This document shows, one piece after another, positions 1 through 10,409 of a stretch of 64,000 nt of DNA. The stretch is from the IMG/VR virus record IMGVR_UViG_3300029705_000021; one strand, given 5' to 3'. The notes below the pieces were generated by a model, which worked only from the letters and a program-made list of their open reading frames with translations, made no database searches and was not told the DNA's origin. Positions within the stretch are counted from its first letter, which is position 1. Each line of letters begins with the position of its first letter. Made by a program: the position numbers and the translations under genes. This DNA comes from a virus (lineage: Duplodnaviria > Caudoviricetes).

Positions 1-123
1 GAAGACGAACCAAGTAATGTTGAAACTGGTTGGGACAAATGGAGTCATGGCGATTATGACTCTATGTCTGATAGCGAAAAAAATGCTGTTCAAGATTTCT
101 TGGATTGGTCTAATAAAAACTAA
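1..123 (+). CDS. 3' end of a hypothetical protein (truncated by the window edge)
   Basis: Open frame EDEPSNVETGWDKWSHG...DWSNKN ending at TAA 121-123, followed by a hairpin. Confidence 0.6.
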   Translation, partial: EDEPSNVETGWDKWSHGDYDSMSDSEKNAVQDFLDWSNKN

Positions 124-151
124 TAAAAATATTTAATTTTCAAGGTACATA

Positions 152-175
152 GGGCTACAGTTTATGCTGTAGCTC
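152..175 (+). terminator. Hairpin, probable terminator of the upstream plus-strand gene
   Basis: GGGCTACAG-tttatg-CTGTAGCTC inverted repeat after the stop codon; U-tract is weak. Confidence 0.5.
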
Positions 176-185
176 CTTCCATTTA

Positions 186-214
186 TTGACATTGTATTAA
201 CATCGTATTATAAT
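186..214 (+). promoter_or_regulatory. Consensus sigma70/sigmaA promoter
   Basis: TTGACA (186-191), 17 bp, TATAAT (209-214). Confidence 0.85.
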
Positions 215-219
215 ATGTA

Positions 220-551
220 TACCCAACTAGGGTAGGAAGGAGCTGCATGTAAATTGAAGGCAGTTTTGACTTAACTAGTCTCTGAGGTAACACCAATGCT
301 TGGGTAATACATACTATTATTAGTATTCGCAGAACCCTCCTGCTAAAGTGAGGTTCGCCTTGGGTAAGAAAGGATACACATCAATCCATCTATGAAAAGT
401 AAGAAGTCGTGTACACGTACCTAGTATGAGAATAAGGATTAAAAAACGTTAAGCTAGGTTGACGTTTGCTATTTGTAGGTTGCGCCAAGGTTCAGAGAAA
501 ACAAATTCGGGAGAAAAGATCGTCTTGAGATGTGCTTGACGGTCTTTTTTT
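220..551 (+). ncRNA. Candidate ~330-nt structured non-coding RNA, family unassigned
   Basis: Bounded by a perfect promoter and an intrinsic terminator; no ORF of 60 aa or more; several inverted repeats (TACCC/GGGTA, GAACC..GGTTC, CCTTGG/CCAAGG). Confidence 0.55.
514..551. terminator. Probable bidirectional intrinsic terminator
   Basis: AAAAGATCGTC...GACGGTCTTTTTTT, between convergent transcription units. Confidence 0.75.
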
Positions 552-591
552 ATTTTCTACTTTGCGAATTGAAGTTATAAAATTATTTAGT

Positions 592-801
592 TTATTTATC
601 CAATAACCAATCAAGTTCTTCTATCATGTCATTTAGTTTCTCATTACTCATCTCATCTAAAGATGTAATTTCTTTTTCAGATAAAGGACAACCGATTTCT
701 GCCCATCCATTAATAAGAAATTCTTTGTATGTTTCAGTATTTGTCGCACCTTCTAAACAATCACAAATTCTATTATCTAAGTTATCTTTGATGTTTTCCA
801 T
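592..801 (-). CDS. Hypothetical acidic protein
   Basis: 69-aa ORF with a GGAG RBS, directly after ligA. Confidence 0.7.
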   Translation of the reverse strand: MENIKDNLDNRICDCLEGATNTETYKEFLINGWAEIGCPLSEKEITSLDEMSNEKLNDMIEELDWLLDK

Positions 802-802
802 A

Positions 803-2743
803 CTATTCTCCTATATATCTTAAAAAATCCTCTTCCGTCCAGATAGGTATGTTTAAAGATTTTGCCTTAAGGTTCTTTGAAGAACTACTTTCAGAATCAT
901 TATTAATAAGTACTGAAGTCTTTGCACTAACTGAACCTGCGACCTTTCCACCTAATTGTTCTATTCTCTCTTGTAGTTCATTTCTATTCTTGAAGTGATT
1001 TACAGAGCCTGTTACAACAAATGTCATATCTGAAAGATTATTTCCATTATTGTTTACACTTTCTTTATTCTCTTCAGGCATAGCCAAATCTAATTCTTCA
1101 AGCAACTCATGTACCATTTCAGCATTTTCTTCCCACCAAGAGTCTAAAGAATCAAGTACTGTTGTTCCTATCCCCTCTATCACCATAAACTCCAGAATAG
1201 TATTGCTAATAATAAAAATAAATTCATCAATTGAATTATGACAATACTTTGCTAGGTCTTTACAGGTAGACTTTCCACATTGAGGTATTGATAATGCTGT
1301 AAGGAAATGAGCAAGATCTGTGTGTCTTGAATTTTCAATTGATGCTAACAATTTAGCAACACTCTTTGCGCCAAAGCCAGATAAACTTGACAACTCTGCC
1401 TTATATCTATCTAAATGATATAAATCAACAAATGATGTTACATATTTCTTTTCTACAAGAGTTTCTAATATGCTCTCACTTAATCCAATTATATTTAATC
1501 CATTCTTGTTTACAAAGTTAGTAAGTTTAGAGATGAATTTAGCAGAACAATCTGGATTAGTACAATGAAGAGTTTTACTACCGTTTTCATTATGAACTTC
1601 TGTTGGATGATTACAACATGGACAAACATTTGGATAAGTCCAAGTATTACTTCTAGTCAAGTTATTATGTATTTTAGGAATAATCATATTTGCCTTGTAT
1701 ACTTCAATAATATCTCCTGCACCTAATTCTAACTCTTCAATATAAGATAAATTATGAAGTGTAGCTCTAGAAACATCAGACCCTTGAATATTTACAGTAT
1801 CGAAGATTGCAGTTGGATTTACTAAACCACTTCTTGTTGTATTCCATTCAATATCTCTAAATATTGTTTCATAAGTTTCATCAGCCCATTTAAGCGCAAT
1901 ACGGGCGTTTTCATGATGGGAAGTTACTCCTAATGACTCAGATAACTTTCTACTATTGATTTCAAAAATCAGACCATCGCAAGGATAATCAGTAAACTCT
2001 GGTTGCATTATTTCTACAGATTCTTCTACTGTATTAATACATCTTGGCACAGTTGTAAATCCAAGCTCATCTATCTTATTTAAAACATCTAATTTGTTAT
2101 CAATACCAATATCTGTAACACATTCAAACACAACAAATTCTAACATTCTATCTCTCGCAACATTTGTATCAAGGTTTCTAATACTACCAGCAGCCATATT
2201 ACGAGGGTGCGAGAAAGGTTCTTCTAATCTTTCGTTTATATAATTAAATGATGACCATGATACTACACATTCTCCACGAAGTTCAAGTCTATCTGTATAA
2301 TTAATTTTCTTTGGAAGATTAGAAATCATTTTTGCAGCTTCAGTAACTACTTCTCCTTCTTCTCCACTTCCACGAGTTAAAGCTGTTTTTAATTCTCCAT
2401 CTTCGAAGATAGTAACCAAAGTTAATCCATCAAGTTTATAAGAACAATAAGAATCTTTTTCATTTACAAATGATTCAATTTCTTTCGTATCCTTAGTTTT
2501 AGCAGCACTAAGCATAGGTTTACTGTGTTTCTGTTTCTCTAATCCTTTTAATATATATCCTTGAACTTTTTGTGTGGGAGATCCTGCTAAAACAATTCCA
2601 GTTTCTTGTTCAAGTTTCTCTAATTCATCATACATATCATCATAATGTTTATCTGTATAAATTGGATTATCATATTGATAATATGCTATTGATGCCTTAT
2701 GCAACTTTTCTGTTAACTCTTTAATTCTTTTTAACTTATCCAT
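803..2743 (-). CDS. ligA: NAD-dependent DNA ligase
   Basis: KLDG adenylation motif, TRG.G..GE, ELRGE, PRN.AAGS, OB-fold (RATLHN), Zn finger (CPCC...C...C), HhH repeats, C-terminal BRCT (FVVTGS...GGKVAGSVS). Confidence 0.97.
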   Translation of the reverse strand: MDKLKRIKELTEKLHKASIAYYQYDNPIYTDKHYDDMYDELEKLEQETGIVLAGSPTQKVQGYILKGLEKQKHSKPMLSAAKTKDTKEIESFVNEKDSYCSYKLDGLTLVTIFEDGELKTALTRGSGEEGEVVTEAAKMISNLPKKINYTDRLELRGECVVSWSSFNYINERLEEPFSHPRNMAAGSIRNLDTNVARDRMLEFVVFECVTDIGIDNKLDVLNKIDELGFTTVPRCINTVEESVEIMQPEFTDYPCDGLIFEINSRKLSESLGVTSHHENARIALKWADETYETIFRDIEWNTTRSGLVNPTAIFDTVNIQGSDVSRATLHNLSYIEELELGAGDIIEVYKANMIIPKIHNNLTRSNTWTYPNVCPCCNHPTEVHNENGSKTLHCTNPDCSAKFISKLTNFVNKNGLNIIGLSESILETLVEKKYVTSFVDLYHLDRYKAELSSLSGFGAKSVAKLLASIENSRHTDLAHFLTALSIPQCGKSTCKDLAKYCHNSIDEFIFIISNTILEFMVIEGIGTTVLDSLDSWWEENAEMVHELLEELDLAMPEENKESVNNNGNNLSDMTFVVTGSVNHFKNRNELQERIEQLGGKVAGSVSAKTSVLINNDSESSSSKNLKAKSLNIPIWTEEDFLRYIGE

Positions 2744-3146
2744 TTCTATTTCCTTTCTAATACATTTCTTTCTGTCTTATCTTTTCTAATTTCTGTTTCT
2801 TCTTATTGAGATGTCTTTCTCTCACTCTTGGCTTGTATTTATTACATTTTTGACAATATCCGTGATGATCTGCATCTCTACCCTTCTTACATTCACCTTT
2901 GCAAACATACGATTCGCAAGGTGTTATTCTATCCTTCATTTCTTTTTCCTTTCTCCATTGCTTCTTTTACTGGACAAGTGAAGTCATAGTCATCATAACT
3001 TCTGTAAGAGTGAACACAATCATGTTCATCATCTAAATATCCAAAAGGACATTGCATTTCACACCCGTATGCGCAAGGTTCGAAATCGTCATCTGTTTCA
3101 AATTCAATTGTTATTTTCATTGAATCTCTCCTTTATATTTTTAATT

Positions 3147-3175
3147 AGTTTAGCACAGATGTAAATAATTGTCAA
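3147..3175 (-). promoter_or_regulatory. sigmaA promoter overlapping an AAACTAATTAA operator
   Basis: Minus strand TTGACA-17bp-TAAACT, continuing AATTAA. Confidence 0.7.
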
Positions 3176-3198
3176 GTATTTTTTTCGATTTTTCTTAG

Positions 3199-3965
3199 TT
3201 AAGCAATTCTAATAATCTGTTCGTACAATAAAATATCTTTATCATTTACTGCTTTATTAATATGAAAATGCCCACTAAACATTTTTTTATAATCAGTCTT
3301 ACATCTTATCTCCTCAAGATACTTTGTCAACACATCTTGCTCATACAATCCATTTCCTAATAAAGCAATCACACTTGCAGACGGACTATGAGTTAAAATA
3401 TAATCTACTTTCCAATCGTGCTTCTCAAGGTTCTTAATTCCATTCTGCATTTCGTCTTCTGAAGGAAGCTCTTGTTCCCACCAAGTCAATCCTTTATACG
3501 ATACATATATTTACCAAGATTGTCTAACTCTCTTGCTTTCTTTTTCCAGTTTTCATCTTCGTAATCAAGAATTCCATCTTTAATATCATGACTACTTGCT
3601 GATCCAAAAGCAAAGAATTTTTTATTTTCTATATTAAATACTTCACCACGACAAAGATGAAGTACGTGTGGTCTAATTTCATGAACCTTTCCACCATGCC
3701 ACTCTTTGACTGGATATTGATAAAGTCTATCAAAATTTTCGTGATTACCATCAATAAAAAGCGTAGTAAAAGGTTTATTCTCTAACCAATCAAGCCAATA
3801 TTTTTCTGTTTTACTTTCTCCATCTCGATCCCACACAAGACCAAAATCACCGCACACTATCATAAAATTCTCATCTTGATTTGTCATTTCTTTTTGTTCA
3901 TAAAAACTGTCTACCGAAAAACGTCTAACATCAGAATGACAATCTCCTGTAATCCAAATCGACAT
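3199..3965 (-). pseudogene. Calcineurin-like metallophosphoesterase split by a frameshift (ORFs 3486-3965 and 3199-3489)
   Basis: N-terminal part has GDxH, GDFG and DGNHEN; C-terminal part has LTHS and SGHFH; adding one A in ATAAAGGA near 3493 restores IKGLTWW. Confidence 0.8.
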
Positions 3966-4650
3966 AATTACTTCTCTTGTCCTTTCTTAACTCTTATTCT
4001 TATGTCCATTATGCAATCAGTACACACATCTAAATAATCCCAGCTACTTTCATACCAATTATGAACTTTTTTCTTTAGCTTATAATGTTCGATGTCTACG
4101 TTTCCTTCGACTCTTCCACAAATATCACATTTACAAACCATCATATTTTCCACTCTCCTATCATACTATTATTAATTATCTCTTCAGCTTTCTCAAGGCT
4201 AATTCCATAAGGTTTATTCTTAATATCTAGAATATCACATTCGTTTTGCAACTGTTCCACAATTACCTTTGTAACATGATTAATATACAATTGAAAACCA
4301 TAATCTAACATATCTATCTTCTGCAAGTCATTTCTTGGACTATTTATTACAGTCTCAATTGTTTTTATGTATTGATCTCTATTCATTTCTTTTCCCTCAT
4401 TTATCATAGATATTACCTTTCAACTGTTCGGCTATTTCATAAATATCATCTACTACAAACACCTCATTCTTCGAATATATATTCCCATTTAAGCAATGTG
4501 TTATCTGCTCTGTTACATATCTATCGCAATCATTTAATGCTTTGACAAATTCATCAATAGTATTATTTCTCACTTCCTTAAACATAGTGTCTAATTCTGT
4601 CACAGATACTTCTGCTATTTCATCTCCGTTTTTGTCTACTCCTACAACTC

Positions 4651-5055
4651 TCATTCCGTACCACCTTCCTTATATGGTGCAGGTAATGTTTGTTGCTGCC
4701 ACGCTATGACTTCTAAATTATCATCAATAACTTCTTCATCACAATTCATCCATTTTCTTAATCCTGCATTATACCAAAGGACTACAACATTCATTACTGC
4801 ATAACCTTTTAAATGTGTAGTACATATTACATCACTACAATCTTCAGGTAATCTATCTTTGCAATAAATCCAGCCATTGTTATATTCCTGTGCTACTTCG
4901 TCAATTATTGAGATTGCATCTTCTAAACATATATAATGTCTACCTGTTCCGTTTGCTTGAATATCAATCATTGCATCTGCTAAGTTTAAATGAAATTGTT
5001 TCGTTTCTTCCAACTTCTCTTTTATCAACTCAAATACATTCATTCTTTCCACCAT
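4651..5055 (-). CDS. DUF551-like phage protein
   Basis: NGWIYCKDRLPE...VIAW motif. Confidence 0.65.
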   Translation of the reverse strand: MVERMNVFELIKEKLEETKQFHLNLADAMIDIQANGTGRHYICLEDAISIIDEVAQEYNNGWIYCKDRLPEDCSDVICTTHLKGYAVMNVVVLWYNAGLRKWMNCDEEVIDDNLEVIAWQQQTLPAPYKEGGTE

Positions 5056-5323
5056 TCCTTTGCTATTTCATAGTGTTCTTCCCACATATATCTTCGAAAA
5101 TCTTCCTCTGTCATTCCATCATCAAAAGAGTAATCTTCGTTTCTAAATGCTTCTAAAACATATGGTTTACATCTGTCACAATTTCTCCAATCGTAGAGCA
5201 ACCCATCATTTTTATATGTTGCTATTGTGTGTTCTTCCCCTATGACAATTTTCTTGTTGCAATAGTTACAACTATGCTCTTTTCTTGCTTTAATTCTTTT
5301 TGGTTGTCTTATTGTTGCAAACA

Positions 5324-5761
5324 TCACTCGTCACCACCTATCAGTTCAGGATTATCAAAAATGTTGCCGATAACTTCGAAATGCTTTACATCTTCTGAAT
5401 ATGCCATTGCTTCAAAAATAGGTCTTGTGCATTTATATCTTCCTCTAATAGTTTCAATAACCCATGCACAGTCTGTAAATTGAACAGTTCCTATGTATTC
5501 TTCTGAATTGGCGCAAGCATCATAATCTGTATAAAAATGCTTTTTAACAACATCATTCTCCCAAATCTTGTTTCCGTTCTTGTCGGTAAGTCCTGTGTAT
5601 TGGCAGATGGTATTTTCATCAACTTCGTATGAATATAATGCACTTGCGTATGAAGGAACTATGTGCCATTTTTCTTTTCCTGTGAATCCATACTTAACAA
5701 CATAACCTTCAACCCATTCGCCATTGTCTATTCGCTTAGCCTTGAATAATATTTCACGCAT
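5324..5761 (-). CDS. YopX-family protein
   Basis: MREILFKAK...QYTGLTDKNG..I.ENDVV...EVIGNIFDNPEL; start moved to the MREILF Met. Confidence 0.9.
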   Translation of the reverse strand: MREILFKAKRIDNGEWVEGYVVKYGFTGKEKWHIVPSYASALYSYEVDENTICQYTGLTDKNGNKIWENDVVKKHFYTDYDACANSEEYIGTVQFTDCAWVIETIRGRYKCTRPIFEAMAYSEDVKHFEVIGNIFDNPELIGGDE

Positions 5762-6536
5762 TTTCATTCTCCTTTTCTCTATATCTTGCACACCAACCAT
5801 ATTCTGAAACATACACTTCTTTATCATCACAAAATTGTGTTCCGTCTCCAGGTTCTCCGTTATACCAAAGACAAGTACCACAACATGGGTTTAGATCTTC
5901 ATTCTTTTTATTCATCTTCTTCTCCTTTCTGCTTTAATGCTTGCTTATCTTTATTTCTTTGTCTTTTCGTAAAATACATTATTCCTTTTAGTTTTCCATC
6001 AAGTTTATCTGCTCCATTATGCAAATATGAATTCTTCGCTTTTCTCTTTTTATTTTCAGATGTCATATCCTTACACCTCTTTCATCTCTGCCAATGCCTG
6101 CTCTGCTTCTTCTTTGGTTAGGAATACTCTGTAGAATCCTAAATAAAGACTTCCTTTAGTGATATTTTCTAAAGCACAAATAATACCATCATAAGCATCA
6201 TACTTAAACAAAATATCTCCCCAATTTGAAATAACTATATTTTCTATTGTATATGGCTCTATTTCAGCATTCTCTATATTTTCATCTGTATCAATTCTAT
6301 ATAAGGTATCACCCACCTTACAAGGCAGTTTCAGTAATAACTCTTGTTCTTCAGCATCTTCATATTCAGCAAGTTTCTCAAATGCTGCTTTTAACAAATC
6401 AATACCCTCGTCTAATTGGCAGTCATAAGAAACACCACTATAATTACAAGCAGTCCCTTTTAGTATTGATTGTCCTTTATGTCCTCTAAAAGTTAATCTC
6501 TCCATACTTAATCCTTTCCTTTCTGTATTTTTGATT

Positions 6537-6565
6537 AGTTTATCACTGATGTAAAAATTTGTCAA
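6537..6565 (-). promoter_or_regulatory. sigmaA promoter overlapping an operator variant (AAACTAATCAA)
   Basis: Minus strand TTGACA-17bp-TAAACT; closely resembles the promoter at 3147-3175. Confidence 0.7.
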
Positions 6566-8074
6566 TAGTAAAGCAAAAAAATATTTATTCTTTCCTTTCT
6601 ACCAAACAAACTCTGGATGCTCGTCCATAAATGGAATAACAATCTCCTGTATAGCTTTTTCTGCAATTTCCTTTGAGTAAAAATAGATTATTCCCTGAGT
6701 ACTACAATAATTATTAGCATTTATATTAAATTTATTGACTTGTTTATCTAGATAAATATAATATTTATCACATGTGTTATTATTCCAATCAATCTTATCT
6801 CCGTCATTCTGCATACTGAATCTCCAGAGAAGACGAGAAAGTGTTTCATGAAGAGCACGTTGCTGTAAAAGAGGTTCGTTTGTACAATAGTTGGCTACAT
6901 TATATCTTTCTTTATCTATGCGTTCAGATAGATCTTTTGTGTCTAATATATTTCCAGCACTATTAATGAAATAATATGTTTCAGATAAAAATTCATCTTT
7001 TTTAAAATAATCTTTTTCAACCTTTAATCCCAATTTCTTAATCTGTTCTTCTGTTAAGTCTACACGTTTACCATTAATCATTAAATAATTTTCGTTCATA
7101 ATTTTCATTTCCTTTCTTTTATTCAAAATCTAATTCTTCATCTAACCAGTCAATAAATTCCTCTTCGTCTGTAATACATATACCATCAGGAATATCTATT
7201 TCTCTTTCCCACAGAAGACCACCACATTCGTATTCATTATAAAGATAGACTTTTCTGTTTGGGAAACAGATATTAACTCGTAGAAACTCCAAATTATTCT
7301 TATGATAATATCCTCTTTCATAACCTTTATTTCCATATCCTGCAACTGGATGATTACTATATTCAAAACCATATTTGCTCAACCAGTTAACATCATCAAT
7401 ATCACTTTTTATTAATCCCATTTCTCTTTTCATTTCCTTTCTATTATTAATTAGTCTAATGTTTTAATTCATTTCCCTCATTTCTGAGGGAAAGTATTTA
7501 ATTTTTTTAATTTCTATACATTGATTGCAAGAAATATAAGCATACTTCTATTTCATTATTATGTAAAAAAAACGTAAAATGTTCATCATATGTATTGTCA
7601 TATTTGATTTCTTCTACATCATCCATTTTTAGATGCAATTCAAAATTTCCATTATTTAAATAAAAATTTTCTTCATCATATTCATAATCATCAATTGACA
7701 TTGTATTCCTGAATTCCATATAAGAACTTGAAGCACTAATAATAATCAACTTATTGTTTATTATACAATCTTCAATCTTTTGCTTAAATAATGTTACTAA
7801 GTTACTAAATTTTGTTTTGCTTTTAAATTTTTCTGTACTATTGATTAGTGCTATCACAAATATTTACCTCCATCTATTTCATAAGATTTATTTGATTTTA
7901 ATACTCAATCTTATTATTGAATATTTGTTTTTACACATGTAATGTTATCATAAAACCCAAACTTTGTCAAGTGATTTTGTAAAAATAATTAGTTTCCATT
8001 ATGTGCCAAACAAATGTTCTATTGATATTCTTTTATCATTAACAATTAAATACAAAAAAAGAATACCTACCATA

Positions 8075-9019
8075 TTATGATAGGTATTCACTATATTTTT
8101 TGCCATATACACTTCTTGTTATATTACACCCAAATTGCTGCTCTACTTCTTGTATATGTTCACTATATACATATTGCATCGGTGTAATATTTAACTCCTT
8201 TGCTCTTTTCTTTATCATATATAATTTGCCTGATTCAACAATTGAATTTGGCGACATATAACTACCTATCCCTAAATAATCAAATATTCTTTGACACGCT
8301 ATATAAATATTTCTTCCTTTTTGAAAATCACTTAAACTTATATTTTGATTAGGATAACTTTTTACTATATACCCATAATCAATTAAAGGCATAACTTTTG
8401 TTCCCTTCCCAGATATACTATAATAAGTGTCTTCTACTTTACAACTTTTTATAATTTCCGTTAGTTTACTCGATATGTCTATAGTTCTATCTATTAGCTT
8501 TAAAGTATTATCTTTTTCATTTAAATTTTCATGCTCTGCATATACAATATCTTTAAAATCTTTAGATTTACCATATTCAAATAAACTTAATAAAATAAAT
8601 TGATCTTTTGGATTAGGTAATTCATCTATCCATTTTAATACTGTTTCTCTTGCTACAATCTTTTTATCTAAGATTGCTTTATTAATACATCCTAACAAAA
8701 TTCCCTTTGTACATTCAAGAAAGTGATTTTGATTGTCTCTTACTAAACTGTTCTCTAAACAAAATTGTGTATATTGAGAGAATATACTATTTAAACAAAT
8801 TAAAGACTCATAGGAAGTTACATTAAGAATTTTATAATATTCTACTATTTCATATACCGTCCAATTACTTACATCTTTATCAAGTTCATATTCAACTTCT
8901 GATACTTTTCTAAATTGTACATCTATATAATTACTTGTAACCGCTAATGATTTCTCTTTTTCTTTTATATATCTATCTTTTAATTCCTTATTATAGTATA
9001 TAGCTTCTATTTCTCTCAT
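8075..9019 (-). CDS. MrpR/YopR-like repressor with a degenerate tyrosine-recombinase fold
   Basis: YN.ELK.RYI start, E..L.KD...W/F motif, no intact R-H-R-Y set; third gene of an integrase/DGxHR/integrase-like trio as in SPbeta yopP-yopQ-yopR. Confidence 0.65.
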   Translation of the reverse strand: MREIEAIYYNKELKDRYIKEKEKSLAVTSNYIDVQFRKVSEVEYELDKDVSNWTVYEIVEYYKILNVTSYESLICLNSIFSQYTQFCLENSLVRDNQNHFLECTKGILLGCINKAILDKKIVARETVLKWIDELPNPKDQFILLSLFEYGKSKDFKDIVYAEHENLNEKDNTLKLIDRTIDISSKLTEIIKSCKVEDTYYSISGKGTKVMPLIDYGYIVKSYPNQNISLSDFQKGRNIYIACQRIFDYLGIGSYMSPNSIVESGKLYMIKKRAKELNITPMQYVYSEHIQEVEQQFGCNITRSVYGKKYSEYLS

Positions 9020-9020
9020 A

Positions 9021-10292
9021 TTACATTACCTCCTTGACTATCTTTTCAACTTCGTTCATTAAAGATTTACGTGGGGCTTTGTTTAAGAATTTCTTACTAT
9101 CACTATTTTCGATTTCTTTTGCTACCTTTTCAATTATTTCACACATTCTAGTTTCATCCTTGTCGTCTTTAAAATAATCAAAACAAAACATTGCTACTAA
9201 CAATGTTCTATAATTCATTCTATGTTCTAAATATTCTGTATTGTACTCTGTCAGCATATTAAAATTATCAGTTAATTCTTTTACCGCTTGAATTGTCACA
9301 CTTCTTTCTTTCTCTTTTCCAACACCTTTAAAGTAAAAGTAATCAACTAAATCTGCAAGCTCTCCAAAGTGAATAATTGATTCATTTCTACTTATTAATC
9401 CTTTTAAATTACATCTTACATTTTCATTTAGTCTAGTTACTACAATATTAGCTGCTTTATTCATATTCATAGAATTACTATCAATCTTACGCATCTTTGT
9501 TTTTTGGTCTTCTTGCCAAATAAATTGCTTTGCTTTGTCTTCTGTAAAATTAATAATTCTTAATTCTAATGGGTAGTCAAAGTTATGATTTTTATCTTTT
9601 GTTTGACATGCAGCAATATAGCGATGAAATCCGTCTGAAACATCAAAGTGTTCAAGAGACTTAATTATAAAAGCACAATCTTCTTCATCATAATGAAAAT
9701 CAAAATCTGTTTCCATTGGGATATTTAATGTAATTGTGTTCGGTATGAAAGCATTCTCTTCAAAACTTTTAGATATTCCTTCAACAGCTTTCTGATTCAA
9801 GGTTATTTTGTAACTCTCTTTATCTCCTTTAACAATACGTTGCATTGTTCTTTGTGCATTAACATTATAATTAATTAGTTGCGCTTGTCTTAGTTTCATT
9901 AATGTATCAACTGTAATTTTACCAACCCATTGATCATCTGCAACTTGCACCATTTTAAATACCAAAGGAAACTTGATCTTTGCAACTTCATATTTTGATA
10001 TTCTATAGTGTTTCGCTTCTTGGAACGTATAAAACTTATCTACACCCTGAATATCTTTATCATCTCTTAAAACATTATGTATTGAATCTAGTAAAATAAA
10101 CAATACAAATTCTGAAGCTTCTGCCATTGGCATTCTTTTTGATACTAAATCTGATACAATTCCCTTTGGTATATCATATGTTTCATTAGCATAGGCATAG
10201 ATTAATTTACATTTCTCATTATCAGTTACTATTCTGTCACATTGCTTGTCAAGATACTGTTCTAATGTTTTTTTGTCTTTTAACATAAGCAC
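9021..10292 (-). CDS. DndB/ParB-like (YopQ-like) protein
   Basis: AQR...PNTITLN...SDGFHR (DGQHR-type) motifs. Confidence 0.7.
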   Translation of the reverse strand: MLMLKDKKTLEQYLDKQCDRIVTDNEKCKLIYAYANETYDIPKGIVSDLVSKRMPMAEASEFVLFILLDSIHNVLRDDKDIQGVDKFYTFQEAKHYRISKYEVAKIKFPLVFKMVQVADDQWVGKITVDTLMKLRQAQLINYNVNAQRTMQRIVKGDKESYKITLNQKAVEGISKSFEENAFIPNTITLNIPMETDFDFHYDEEDCAFIIKSLEHFDVSDGFHRYIAACQTKDKNHNFDYPLELRIINFTEDKAKQFIWQEDQKTKMRKIDSNSMNMNKAANIVVTRLNENVRCNLKGLISRNESIIHFGELADLVDYFYFKGVGKEKERSVTIQAVKELTDNFNMLTEYNTEYLEHRMNYRTLLVAMFCFDYFKDDKDETRMCEIIEKVAKEIENSDSKKFLNKAPRKSLMNEVEKIVKEVM

Positions 10293-10409
10293 ATCTCCTT
10301 TTTATTTAGTTGTTTGATTCTAGCTTATTTTTAAATCTGTGACTACATTTTATAATTTATAATATAACATTTCTGTAAATTTAGCAAGTGTTTTTTTGTG
10401 TAAAATTAT

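Noticed and set aside
220-551. tRNA, tmRNA or hammerhead ribozyme
   Set aside because: No cloverleaf with a TTC-loop and CCA end, no tmRNA-like ends and no CUGANGA hammerhead core.
9021-10292. Phosphorothioation (dnd) system
   Set aside because: Only a DndB/ParB-like gene is present, with no dndACDE; the context fits the SPbeta yopQ position better.
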